Assembly (NCBI GenBank): GCA_951406725.2
Contig: OX597817.1
Location: 5,766,001 to 5,830,000 of the forward strand
From: Octopus vulgaris
Lineage: Eukaryota
DNA: 64,000 nucleotides
Direction of reading: 5' to 3'
Part shown: piece by piece, positions 51,720 to 64,000 of the stretch
Layout: every line of letters starts with the position of its first letter
How positions within the stretch are numbered: position 1 is the first letter of the stretch
Position numbers and translations under genes: made by a program
The notes under the pieces: generated by a model
Told to the model about the DNA's origin: nothing
Database searches by the model: none
The model's input: only the letters and a program-made list of their open reading frames with translations

Positions 51720-52030
51720 CAGCTTCTCCTCGATTTACGACCTATACGACTAAAGACAATCGCACTTACGACCACAAAAACTGAATTAATTAAAAAATAA
51801 AAATCGATTTTTGACGTTGGTCAGCTGCGCATACGATAACTATGGCAGAATCTGGCAACGTATGCTTCCCTCAGACCCAGGCACCCGCTGCTTGCCATTG
51901 TCTCTCACTCAGTCACTCCCGAGTATGAGTTGAGTTTGAATGAAAATAGTATTGAAAAATGTTAATCCGACATACGATCAGATAGACTTACGACCTATCA
52001 GTCGGAACGGAGCTCGGTCATAAGTCGAGA
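51720..52030. mobile_element. Tigger/pogo-like MITE
   Basis: CAGCTTCTCCTCGATTTACGACC start, repeated ACTTACGACC units, GGAACGG...GGTCATAAGTCGAG end. Confidence 0.7.
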
Positions 52031-52439
52031 ATATATATATATATATATAACAGCAATTAAAAAGATTCAGTGAGAGATTATGATGTGTTATTGCACAGAA
52101 TATGGCACACACGAATCCTAAAATGATAATCAGAAAAAACAAAGACTATTTGGAGACATGATAAAACAGTAAAATAATTTTGTTTGATTTATATTTTTGT
52201 TAAGTATTGGCTGTTTTTAAAAAATTATATATACTTTCCCGAGGAAACATTTTTCGCCAAAAAATATCAAATGTAAATTCAATATATGAAATAGACAAAC
52301 ATACATACAAAAATAAATATACGCACACAAAGACACAATTGTTTTACCGATAATAGTGCAATAGTTGGCATGACTTCCTTTATTAACTGACTTAATTCGT
52401 TCAAATCGCACATATTTATAGAGCAAATCTTTTATACAA

Positions 52440-53080
52440 ATCTACTATTCAGCGTTGACGCCTTCACAAGTGATGCATTTTGGCCATCGCTGAACACCAC
52501 ACTCGAACTATATTTGACAAAAATTCGTGTGCGTACTTGTGTTCCCTCTCCTTCACAAATACTTTCGCCTCGTCTATGTCATCAATTTTTTGCTTTTGAA
52601 AACTGTCTTTCATTGGATCGAAGGGTGCCAATCCAAGCTGTAGAGTCCAACTTGCTGATTACCTCACTTGTCGAAGATGCGGGTGGCAGTACATTGTCAT
52701 GGTGAATGTGGGTCATTTTCAGATTCTCGTTCGGTGCATTTTTCCTAATGGCTTTTATAAACATGTTTGTAGTATCTCTATGTTCTTCTTACTGTTCACA
52801 GTACACATTTTAGAAAGTCAAAGAGAATGAAGCACCTATCATCTCCAAAAATAGTCACCGTGGCTTTATGCGCCAACCACTTGCTCTTAAATTTGGTTGG
52901 CCTTGAAAATGAGGTGCAACGCCATTCCTTGGACTGAGTTTCGTTTTCGTAATTTAAAGATACATCGACTTTTCATCCCCTGCTTACAGATCAGGAGAAG
53001 AAGCTTTCTTCAGTGGCTTCAAACACTAAAAGCAGAACAGATCAAACTTCTGCACTTCTCTCCTTCAATTATGATGTTGA
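52440..53080 (-). pseudogene. Second, older mariner transposase remnant
   Basis: DEKS, KATVTIFGDDRCFILFDFL, IHHDN and RWPKCITCEGVNAE* parallel mariner motifs. Confidence 0.7.
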
Positions 53081-53090
53081 GTAAAACAAA

Positions 53091-53470
53091 ATAGATTGAA
53101 ATGTAATAGATCGATACTAGGGTTATAATTATGGGTGACAATTTCATACGACACCCCTATTTTAGGGTTAGGGTTAGAGTTATGGTTAGGGTTAGGGGTG
53201 GGGAAGGGTATTTTTTTTTCTTCACAAATGTAAATAAACCCAATCTGTTTCTTAAACGAGGGACATATTCATACAGCACGGAATGTTTTCACCCCAAATG
53301 GATGTCAGCGATTGGTTAAAATTGCCGAAATACTCGAAATTAAAGTTGAAATATGTTACAACATATAGAATTTTCTCAATAAAGTCAAGAAAAAATGATG
53401 TTTTATAAACACATTCTACCAGTATACGAAGTTTAAAAGTTAACTAGAAATTGTGTTGAAAACTGCCGTT
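53091..53470 (+). mobile_element. Merlin-like MITE, partial, with inverted 5' segment and TTAGGG-like repeats
   Basis: Homologous to 58554-58964. Segment 53091-53156 is the reverse complement of about 58589-58654. Confidence 0.8.
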
Positions 53471-54235
53471 TTCTTTCACGTTTTCCCTACATGCATTCAT
53501 TTATTGAAATTAAACAAACATCAACTGCATCAATTTCATCAGTTTGGGAAAGCTTCCTAAAGTCATTTCTTTACACTAAATAAATAGGTTGCATTTTTCT
53601 TTTTCTTTTGTATCACTACTACAACGTTTTAGCTACGAAGTAGCCAATCAAGCTTTGGGAATGACCTAGATACCCATTACATCAAAAATATTAAACACTT
53701 CAGTTTAGACTGAGGCCTCATTATATATTTCAACTTAGAAGTCTGTTGTTAGGCTAGTATGTAGCAGCTGACGAATATATTATTGCATTAGCTGTCCAAC
53801 CTGTTTAGGCATGTTTCAAGGTTGTTTTAGAATTGTTTTTATCTTTGTCTGCCGTTGTTGCTTCCCGCGTCTTGTAAGCAATAATCGAGCAATAATCGAG
53901 CGATCCAGCTGCTTTGTTTACTAAGTGCAGTATATCTTGGATTACATTGTGCAATATATCATTTTAAATACAACAGGATGTGATATAAAGGGAGAAAGAT
54001 TGAGTTATTATTGCTTGCAAGTCGAGTGGTTGCACGTAATTTTCTTCCCCGTTGTGTAGTCCAGTTAATAGTCATCATTTTCGTGTTCTCTCTTTATAAA
54101 GTATCAATGCAGTTCTAAATTGTTGGTGAGAGAGAAATTAGTATTCTGTGAGATGTAGTGTAGGGCTTGTACATTATACAATGTAGTGTTTACACACAGG
54201 GGAAAATTATTGCCCTGATAGCGTAGCATCCAACA

Positions 54236-54515
54236 TGTCCATACTGGTGCCGGTTTCCAGGTTTTCTGGTCTGCAGGTGTAATCATCTGTTATGCTTGCA
54301 CTCGAATAGCACTTCATCTTTTTTTGCTTAACCTCATGAGTAGCTGCATCTAGGTCTTTCTTTGCTAAACATAAGCTGCATATCTTTAATCCGCTGTGAC
54401 ATGGGCCTCGTGTATCAGCAAGGTTTCAGCGTATTGTTGACTGTTGCCTGTTCTGCTTTCCTTCAATAACCAGATGTCTAGAAACAGCGAGGGAAATTCA
54501 TTCTGTTTAACCGGA
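54236..54515 (-). mobile_element. Penelope-like element C-terminal (GIY-YIG-associated) remnant with degenerate HHR
   Basis: GPCHSGLKICSLCLAKK ... DEVLFECKHN fits PYxxGxKxCxLCLxEK...ExxxxCxH. Immediately 3' is CTGCAGA CCAG AAAAC CTG GAAAC CGGCACCA GTA. Confidence 0.6.
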
Positions 54516-55561
54516 ACTGAAAACCTAATAGTGCTGTGTGTATTATGTTATGTTCTAAGTACTGTATATAATTTTCGATGCTGTTGGCAAATATTTATTA
54601 TTGCTCAGTAAACAAGCAAATTTATTAGGCTTTTACAATTATCTCAGCAGGAGGTTTTGTTGCTGTAATTACGTTTTGGCAATTAGATTGGTGTGTCTCT
54701 AATACTAAGGCTTTGGATGTGGTGCGATATTTGTTATTTATGTAAATCTATATACACGTTTGCCTACATGGATGCATATGTATGTTTATGAATTTATTGT
54801 TTCCTGTAAGATTATATATATACACATGTCTACTTATATTCACATTACGTCACGACATTAATGAGTGTTACGGGTATAATGTAAGTTAGTACAACTTGTT
54901 ACAGTGTTGAGACGTCGGTGAATAAATCGGCTTTTCCAAGCCAACCTGGTGTAGAAGATTGCTAGAGAACTAACAGAACAAAAACAAAGCCTGCCAAAAA
55001 AGACGGATGGATATAAGGTAGGGTCAACGGCTAACTAGCAGTAGTTATTGGGGACAAAGAAATACTCAAGATGAGGAATAAGGGTGCAGTAAATACTGGG
55101 AACAATAGTATAACTTGTGTTCATTAGCTGTGCCTAGGTAGCTTGTTTAGGTTACTCTGAATACGAACTTGTTAGGTTATGCCAAAATAATCTAAAACCA
55201 TTTTTAATACCCAATGGTTTTAAGATTTGCCTTTTCTTTTTTTTTTTTTGATAATTGTCTTCAAGGCGGACACCTTAATTGTTATCCTCACTACAAGTAT
55301 TTCCTGATGACGTAGATGTCGATTTGCAACATCTATTTTAACAAGCAAAGGACATACAGTGTACTGTGAGTATGACGGGAATCGATCCCCGGCATATTCG
55401 GAGCAACGACTACATTTAAAGTGAGTCTCGCGCGCATCATCTTTTGTCACCCGTTCGCATTCCAAACTCTATCTCCCGGAACTTGGGTGAACGAACCGCA
55501 GAACTCAACGTAAAACACCATATTGCTCTTTCATCATTCCATAGTCAGTGTTAAGCAATTC

Positions 55562-56047
55562 AAGGCGGCGAGCTGGTAGAAACGTTGGCACGCTGGGCGA
55601 AATGCTTAGTGGTATTTCGTCTGCCGCTACGTTCTGAGTTCAAATTCCTCCGAGGTCGACTTTGCCTTTCATCCTTTCGTGGTCGATTAAATAAGTACTA
55701 GTTACGCACTGGGGTCGATATAATCGACTTAATCCGTTTCTTTGTCCTTGTTTGTCCCTTCTGTGTTTATCCCCTTGTGGGTAGTAAAGAAACAGATATT
55801 TCGTCTGCCGCTACGTTCTGAGTTCAAATTCCACCGAGGTCGACTTTGCCTTTCATCCTTCGGGATCGATTACATAAATACCAGTTATGCATTGGGCTCG
55901 ATATAATCGACTTTTTGCCTTTCATCCTTTCGGAGTCGATTACATAAATACCAGTTATGCATTGGGGTCGGTATAATAGACTTATTACGTTTGTCTCTCC
56001 TTGTTTGTCCCCTCTATGTGCAGCCCCTTGTGGGTAGTAAAGAAATA
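55562..56047 (+). mobile_element. SINE family A dimer with 14-bp TSD
   Basis: AGTGTTAAGCAATT at 55547-55560 and 56048-56061. The second unit restarts at TATTTCGTCTG and contains an extra internal duplication. Confidence 0.9.
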
Positions 56048-56557
56048 AGTGTTAAGCAATTTCGGAGTAGCGCATTGTACTATTAGCAGTTCACGCTTCG
56101 TGATGCGCGTTCTTAGCAGCTGCTGCTGCCACCGCCTCTCACTTGTTGTTTATGATCGCTTATCGATCCACAGTATTCAGCCGATCTGAAGGTTTACTCC
56201 GAGAATGCAATTTTAGGTCGATTCCCATCACATGTATTCTCCTCATACACACGCAACACTGGAACTTCTATTCTGCAAGGTTATTTCAGCGAGATTCCTC
56301 TTCTTAAACGGTTTCTCATCATAGTAACTGATCTGAACCAAGTTCATTGTTAATTACAGATTCTAATTAAATAACTGGCTATTTGATATCAGCTAATTTA
56401 CTTAGTAATTAGTTACTTTTGATTCTGATAGCTTTCACACACCCATTTTCTTCCATTCCTACCCTTCTGCTTTGCTTTTTGTGTACGTTTGTGAGTGTGT
56501 ATGTGCATGTATTTATGCATGCATACACACACACACATACGTATACACACACTCACT

Positions 56558-56617
<60 letters not shown>

Positions 56618-57092
56618 AAGTGGATAGCGCATGTTTTCATTAGCGCAAAATAATTAAAAGTACGCGCTTGATACAGACTTATAGAGAAAATGTGCAGAAT
56701 CAATTATCACGAATATGTACCAATTAAGAAGTCTAAGAAGGCCCTGAGATGTCTTGTTTTCTCAATGATTGAATTGATTGACCATTCCACTAATGACTGG
56801 AATAGCAATATACCCCGTAGTCTGGTGCTTGTGAGGTGAACGGGCTCTCTCTACACAGATTCAAAAAGACGTGCATATATAAATGAACCCCATAGGAGTA
56901 CTGTATTGATAAGATTGAATGTATATTTTGTTGTATTTTATCATTTGATATCGTGTAATATCACTACGGGATCTCACACCTTCCTATAGCAAATATGTAA
57001 ACCAGTGCCGCGAACGATACGAAAATAAATATATTGTCATGTTATGTAGGATTACACAGATTAAAATTGTGCGTGCGTGTGTGTGTGTGTGT

Positions 57093-57128
<36 letters not shown>

Positions 57129-57446
57129 CAGAGTTTAGGATTTTATCATTGCATTTAATCTTCGCTTCATATATATAATCGGAATTTAAAAAGAGAAAAA
57201 ACCTAGTTGAAACGCCAAAGCAAATACGAAAATCAGGGAAATTGAGAATGCTGTGGTTATATCTCAATCGTATGATTAAAACAGCCGCCATTTTTTACAA
57301 TAATATCTAGCAATCTCTTTAGATCTTCCTTTCCTTGTTCGTTTTACAGGGGTTTTCCATGTTGTTTTGTCCTTCGTTTCATGATCCCTCTGAATAGAAA
57401 GACCATTGTGAAGCTATAGAGAAAAGAGCTTGAAAGACCACATGCC

Positions 57447-57496
<50 letters not shown>

Positions 57497-58553
57497 GGAT
57501 AATAAGCTGAGTGGTTGGACAAGTGCAACAGATTTACCGAACAAGAGACCGTATCAAGTTTCTAGCTTTGCAATATGTTTATTTGTAAGACACAAAACTC
57601 TCAAAATTTGAAGCATCTTTCCTGTAAACAGTTACCTCAGGTTCGCTATAATCTGTTATAGCCTTGAAATAGCTGAGCATAGGTTTAACGAATGTGAGTA
57701 TAGCTGTGAAATTGTTGCTTCCAAGCTTACCCTAATATACCCCACGCTACCTCATGTCATGTTTCATCTCGTAATCAGGGCTGGGCGAGGAGTTTTGAGA
57801 AACAGGCTGCATGAGACCATCAACAATTGGGCCACACAACTACAAAAACAGATCAATGATAATTTTTCGGTATGGAAGCTATTCAGAAAGTCTCTAGGGC
57901 CACAGTTTGTCCATGACCGATCTACATGTAACTATGTCTTGATAATTTCGAACGGAGATAAATACGTAACCGTAACAGTTGGCTTAAAATTTGCCCCGAT
58001 TCAGTTTCTCGGTTACTTAAAGTACTTTTAGAAAGTTAATGTTATCATATAATTCCGAGGATTAACGAAAAATGTCAAAATTTTTTTTACACTCAATACC
58101 TCGTCATGATAATCTTTCTACCCGCTGTCCTCGTCTACTGGATATCTCCACAGCAAACTCAAGTTTTGTTCACCTTCAAACTTTAGACTTACAGCTTAAC
58201 CCTGCATACGATATAGCCACATACTTCAGACATGTTTTTTTCTTTTTAGTATGCAAAATTATGATTTAGTTCTTAATAGATTTCTTTAAAAATAAGAATG
58301 GTTCAATCACTGTGTTTTCTAAATATGTTATTATGGATATGAGGGTGCCTAACTTCAGTCAGGGCCGTGGATCATAACGTACGCCCACACACACACACAC
58401 ACTTGGACATTGTAAATGTTATAAGTATACATAAAGTATCATATACACATCTACATAAGTATACGTATGCAAACATGTGTAAACATGCGTATATATTTAT
58501 ACATAGGCAGAATAGAATATAAACCGTATATGCCAGTGTATGTAAATTTCTTC

Positions 58554-58964
58554 GGATCTTTTCGGTTTGAACGGCAGTTTTTCCTAGCGGTGTCATATGA
58601 AATTGTCACCCATAATTATGACCCTAGTATTGATCTATTGCATTTCAATCTGTTTTAGGGTTAGAGTGGGGGGAAGGGTATCTTTTTTTCTTCACAAATG
58701 TAAATAAACCCAATCTGTTTCTTAAACGAGGGACATATTCATACGGCACAGAATGATTTTTACCTCAACAGACGTCAGTGATTGGTTGAAATAGCAGAAT
58801 TTGAAGAAAACAAACAACAAATATCTTACAAACTATAGAATTTTCTCATTAAAGCCAAGAGAAAAAGATGTTTTATAAACCCATTCTACCAATATACGAA
58901 GTTTAAATTTTTTTTAGTTACCTAGAAATTATGTTAAAAACTGCCGTTCAGACCGAAAAGATCC
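58554..58964 (+). mobile_element. Merlin-like non-autonomous DNA transposon
   Basis: 29-bp TIRs GGATCTTTTCGGTTTGAACGGCAGTTTTT (one mismatch), 8-bp TSD ATTTCTTC/ATTTCTCC. GG termini plus an 8-bp TSD fit Merlin. Confidence 0.8.
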
Positions 58965-59522
58965 ATTTCTCCTATGTCTTTACTTCCAGTTTCTTTTAAC
59001 TTCATTAGTCAATATTTCTTCACTCTCAGCCTTTAGCAGTTATTTTTTCTCTTCTGATGACTTTATAGTATTTTATTTTTATTTACACTCTCTCTTATAT
59101 ATTTTGTTCGTATATTCCTTCAACATATTCACTCTTCTGTTTGTTTTGCCGTTCCTTATCCCAGCCTGCTTAGCACGGCTATTTAATCCACGCTTCAGAT
59201 CATTCCTAGAGTCTCCTTAGTTGTTTTTTACTCTATCTGGACGCGAATTATTCTCTCCTTGTCTTCTCATTTCCAAAACTTTCGGCCTCGCAATTACAGT
59301 AAGAACAACAGGGAAATGTATCTGACAATAAATACAATACGTACCCAATGTCAACACGAGCGCACTTCTGCGAACACACACACATCATCATCACATGCAT
59401 TTTAATTCATAATTGCATAAGAATATGACTAAAAGCATGTAGTTGCCTAAAAGCATGTATGCGACACATTTGCGCAACAAAGACGACTAATGAATGCCAA
59501 TGTGTGTATACGCATATATACA

Positions 59523-59580
<58 letters not shown>

Positions 59581-59586
<6 letters not shown>

Positions 59587-59843
59587 ATTGAAGAAATGGA
59601 GTTGAACGAAGATTGAACAGAAATCGTTTTATTGCAATAAAGCGATTTCTGTTCAATCTTCGTTCAACTCCATTTCTTCAATTCACTAATAATATTAAAA
59701 TTCAATTATCCGCACCAACGCATGGTTGCAACACCATATGGTTGTACCTCCAACCGTGCTGTCTTCTGCTGTGATTTTTGCTACCAAGGTATCGGTTAAA
59801 CTTTTGATTAATCTGCAACAAGATTATTCATCTTTCTATTTCA

Positions 59844-59846
<3 letters not shown>
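59581..59846 (+). mobile_element. Foldback insert in (TA)n: 108-bp loopless palindrome plus 3' extension
   Basis: 59581-59634 pairs with 59635-59688 (one G:T). About 160 bp more follows to the next (TA)n. Confidence 0.75.
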
Positions 59847-59878
<32 letters not shown>

Positions 59879-59881
<3 letters not shown>

Positions 59882-60178
59882 ATAATTAAAAAGGGTAATA
59901 ACATAAGTTGTTACCAGTGGCCTAGCACAAAAGACGAATTAGTCATTAGACAATGTATTTTTCGTATAGAAATATAATAAAGGCTCCCAAATAAGGAAGC
60001 AAGTGCTAGAAACACAAAGAGGGATAAAATCATCAATGGAATGAAAATAAAAATCATTTACCATTATAGATGTATCCCAGACTGATCAGTTTCTACCTCT
60101 TTCTAGCAAAACATACAGAATATGTTTGCCCAGGCAAGGTTCGTCAGTGGGTAGCCTTCTAAATCCTAGACGCACAGA

Positions 60179-60180
<2 letters not shown>
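59879..60180 (-). mobile_element. About 300-bp HHR-bearing element bounded by (TA)n
   Basis: Unique segment between two TA tracts containing the HHR below. Confidence 0.7.
60074..60153 (-). ncRNA. Type I hammerhead ribozyme motif, best preserved
   Basis: CCCA CTGACGA ACCT...GCAAACATA ttctg TATGTTTTGC...AGGT A GAAAC TGATCA GTC TGGG: intact core, GUC triplet, palindromic stem III ACTGATCAGT. Confidence 0.8.
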
Positions 60181-60221
<41 letters not shown>

Positions 60222-60222
60222 T

Positions 60223-60457
60223 AAAGGCGGCGAACTGGCAGAAACGTTAGCACGCTGGGCGAGATGCTTAGCGGTATTTCGTCTGCCGCTACGTTCTGAC
60301 TTCAATTTCCGCCGAGGTCGACTTTGCCTTTCATCCTTTCGGGGTCGATTAAATAAGTACCAGTTACGTACTGGGAGCGATATAATCGAATTAATCCCGT
60401 GTGCCTGTCCTTGTTTGTCCTCTCTGTGTTTAGCCCCTTGTGGGTAGTAAAGAAATA
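60223..60457 (+). mobile_element. SINE family A, tail variant 1, in (TA)n
   Basis: Full-length copy. Confidence 0.9.
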
Positions 60458-60479
60458 TATATATATTATATATATATTA

Positions 60480-60590
60480 TATCTTTCCGTGAGCGTCTGC
60501 TAATACTTTGCCTGTACCACGTCTTTGCTTTGTTGTTTTTTCTTGTTTGTTCTTCGTTTTTTTGGAGATTAATTACATGCATATATAGGT
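60480..60590 (+). mobile_element. 3' fragment of the short HHR-element family
   Basis: TGAGCGTC..TAATAC..TGTACCACGTC plus a T-rich run, as in the reverse complement of 2111-2200. Confidence 0.5.
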
Positions 60591-60712
60591 ACAATAGATA
60601 CAATAATTTTGGACGTTGTAAGCATAATTTATAAACACCCTGTGCAGTCTGACTATGTGGGGACTAGAGAATGACTGTGGACGTGTTTCTACGCATATAT
60701 ATACACATACGC

Positions 60713-60749
<37 letters not shown>

Positions 60750-61128
60750 ATCAAGTGCACATATTGTTTACATTAGGGTAGTCAGCTATATCGAATTAGA
60801 CACATAAACAAAATGTATGTATATTGCTAAGAAGTGAGATTAAGTTGAGACTAATAATATGATTTCGGCCATTCTTCGGAGTGAAATGTCTAGACTCTAT
60901 ATAACTTGATACGCATGTTCTATTTTCATTTCAACTAGCATGCTGAAGTACAAATTGCGTGTGTGTGTGTGTGTGTGTGTGTGGTTGACATTATAAGAAT
61001 TTTATAAACTTTATAGACATTAAGTTGACAAGCCCTTTTGGATAGAAAGGATCAAAAACTGCCCTTGGGACTCGAACCTGCACCTACAAACTTGCACAGA
61101 CACACTCTCTCTCGCTCTCTCTCTCTCG

Positions 61129-61181
<53 letters not shown>

Positions 61182-61244
61182 ACACACATACACACACCGC
61201 ATACAGATACATATATATGTGTGTATATAGACACATTTTTAGCA

Positions 61245-61960
61245 TTTACGTGTCTCAGCGCTTTGATACTCAGATGACAGCGTCAGTCTCTTTTCCCCAC
61301 ATCGGGAGCTATATGAACCAGTTAAGCATTGCATATGATCGGCTCGGCTTCACATTGAACATCAAGGAAATCAAGTCCTGACCTTCTTACTTTAAACATC
61401 ATTCAGACAAGATGTTTGTTTTTTTTCTGTGCTGGAAGTATTTTCTTCCAATGTGTAAAAGACTAGTAAACAGCAATACAAGCACCTTACCTTCACCACA
61501 CACACACAAAATATCATACTTATCGTCTGTCAAGCTGTCGTCATCTGAACATTATAATACGGGTGTTAAACATACATACTTCATTGTCGAGGCCTCAAAA
61601 ACCTGGAGCATTTTCAACAACGAAAGCTCCACACCATTTTAACAACAAATTAGAAGACCACGTAATCATAACAACGATGATGTGTTGGAAAAGCCAATAA
61701 TTGAAACGCAAAATCAACCACGTTGAAACATCAAATACGATGGTTAAGATACTTTGAATGAAAGGATAGAGTTTTCTTTGTCAAATGCCCTGCACTGAAT
61801 TAACGACTGGGAAAAGACCGGCATGAAGCCCTTTCTGTCGTTACAAAAGACCGACTATATTCTCGAAGATGATATGAGACCAAAAACAATAAATTTTAAA
61901 TCCAGAACCGCTACAACTGCTATGACTTTATCAGCGACAGAAGTGGGCCTTTTGAAGTGA
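61245..61960 (+). mobile_element. RTE-clade LINE remnant
   Basis: YSDD (YADD-like), AYDRLGFTLNIKE, HQIRWL, ELTTGKRP..RYK. Confidence 0.7.
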
Positions 61961-62559
61961 AAAGAAAAAATAGTTGAAAAATAAAATAATGTAAAAGATA
62001 AATTTTTAAACAATTTTTTTTTTAAATGCTAAATACAGCAAGAATAACCACATCTTCTGTCAACTTTTCCTTGGCATCGTCATTTCCCTCCCAACCGTTT
62101 CACGGAAGGATTGGTTTTCCCAGTTATTCAACGCCGTAAGTATGAGGGGAACTATTCACTCAGGAACAAGCTGGAATTTTCGGATACGAGAAGCAGCTGA
62201 TGACAACGGCAATGTGTGTATGTAATTATTTGCACTCAAGTTTTCACACAATACCATGGCGCGACATAGATTTTGCTGGAAAAGAAATCGAGTTTCATAA
62301 CACACGATTATGTTTTGATTTAAACACAAGCATACACACCCACTCTGTGTGTGAGAGAGAGAGAGAGAGGGCGAGAGAGAGATACGCATGTGTGTATTAT
62401 TAATTATACACACAATTTCATGTATTTGCGCTTGATACATGATAGGTTTGGTAAAATTATGTGACCTTTCACAGTTATTTAGAAGAACATACATTTCAGT
62501 AAAGATCCATATGTAAACATATATACGCCAGCACACACGCACACGTTATATAGATATAT

Positions 62560-62930
62560 ATGTGGCTGTGTGTTAAGAAATTTGCTTCCCAACTGCATGG
62601 CCCCAGGTTCAGCTTGGGCCCCAGGTTCAGTTTGGGCAACTGTCGCCTACGAAAGCCTCGGGCCGACCAAAGTCTTGTGAGTGGATTTGGTGGATGAAAA
62701 CTAAAAGAAGCCTGCCGTATATATATATGTGTGTGTGTATCCTAGTGTTTGTCCCCCATCACCGTTGACAACCGGCGTTGGTGTGTTTACGTCCCTTTAA
62801 CTTAGTGGTTCTGCAAAAGAGACCGATAGAATAAGTACTAGGCTTAAAAAGAAAGTCCTAGGGTCGATTTGTTCGACTAAAAATCCTTTAAAGGCGATGC
62901 TCCAGCATGGCCACAGTCAAATGACAAACA
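62560..62930 (+). mobile_element. SINE family B
   Basis: Head with a local duplication GGCCCCAGGTTCAG x2 and the standard 3' half. Confidence 0.85.
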
Positions 62931-63104
62931 ATTAAGAGAATTCGTATTGAACCATTGTCAATATAGAAATCTTATCACCAACTCTTGTTTTCAACACAAA
63001 AAGACAACTTATTGAGAGAAGATCAAGGCTAGTCATTCCAATAAGGTTCTTTTACTGTCATTACACACTGTTTTGTATCTTCAACTCAAACCAGTATTAA
63101 ATGC

Positions 63105-63490
63105 GCGTGACACTCCGTCAGTTACGACGACGAGGGTTCCAGTTGATCCGATCAACGGAACAGCCTGCTCGTGAAATTAACGTGCAAGTGGCTGAGCATT
63201 CCACAGACGCGTGTACCCTTAATGTAGTTCTCGGGGAGATTCAGCGTGACACAGTGTGTGACAAGACTGGTCCTTTAAAATACAGGTACAACAGAAACAG
63301 GAAGAAAGAGTGAGAGAAAGTTGTGGTGAAAGTGTACAGCAGGGTTCGCCACCACCCCTTGCCGGAGCCTCGTGGAGTTTTAGGTGTCTTCGCTCAAAAA
63401 AAAACACTCACAACACCCGGTCTGGGAATCGAAACCGCGTTCTTACGACCGCGAGTCCGCTGCCCTACCCACTGGACCATTGCGCCTCCA
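63105..63490 (-). mobile_element. SINE with family C head and a different 3' half, 13-bp TSD
   Basis: 63300-63490 matches the C head. TSD CAGTATTAAATGC at 63092-63104 and 63491-63503. Confidence 0.9.
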
Positions 63491-64000
63491 CAGTATTAAA
63501 TGCAATATTTAAACAAATGTCACACTTACACATCATCATTCATCAATTATATTATTTGATGGTATATTTGTTTTTCTTCTTTCGCAATTTCCGACGGCGT
63601 CTCCATTTATGTTTAGTTCCAGTTGAAACTTTTCTGTTGAAGAACAAACACCATAATTTGTTATATTATTGACACTCAAGTTCTATAGAAACGTATGTTT
63701 TTTTGGTGTGTATGTAAGCTCAGAACAAAAGTATTTATGTACATTATATAGACACTATAAACTTTTAATTATTATAATCATTATATAGACACTGTAAACT
63801 TTTACCTGTTATTTGCATTATATAACTAAATACCATAAACATTTACCTGTATAAACGAATAATAAATGAACATACGAAATATAAGTATATCTATCTTTTT
63901 TACACGCAAACACATACATACACATCAAACAGAAAGGAATGGGGAATTGTGATGTTAATAAAATGGAAATATTTATTAAGATAATTTGGTATACATTTTC

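Noticed and set aside
53161-53200. TTAGGG repeats as telomere or fusion scar
   Set aside because: Internal part of a dispersed MITE family.

Overview
AT-rich, repeat-dense, non-coding eukaryotic DNA. The mix of tRNA-derived SINEs and long (TA)n/(CA)n tracts suggests a coleoid cephalopod, most likely Octopus (inference). No intact host protein-coding gene is visible. Every ORF I could assign comes from a microsatellite, a SINE or a decayed transposon. The window holds three SINE families (called A, B, C here) and LINE remnants of the R4/Dong-like, L1/Tx1-like, RTE and Penelope-like (PLE) groups. DNA elements include two mariners, an IR-DR Tc1, a hAT fossil split by a mariner, hAT/Merlin/Tigger/mariner MITEs, Helitrons and a Helentron-type HINE. 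The most striking signal is a dense set of type I hammerhead-ribozyme (HHR) motifs in several sequence-unrelated short elements. Most abut (TA)n tracts, and several have a 'short inverted copy + long copy' foldback layout typical of PLE pseudo-LTRs. Other notable items are a SINE with a perfect 93-bp target-site duplication, two SINE 3' tails matching LINE 3' ends present in this window, head-to-tail SINE concatemers and a candidate recursive splice site. A plus-strand G:U bias in inverted repeats hints that the window is intronic in a plus-strand gene. All alignments and folds were done by eye.
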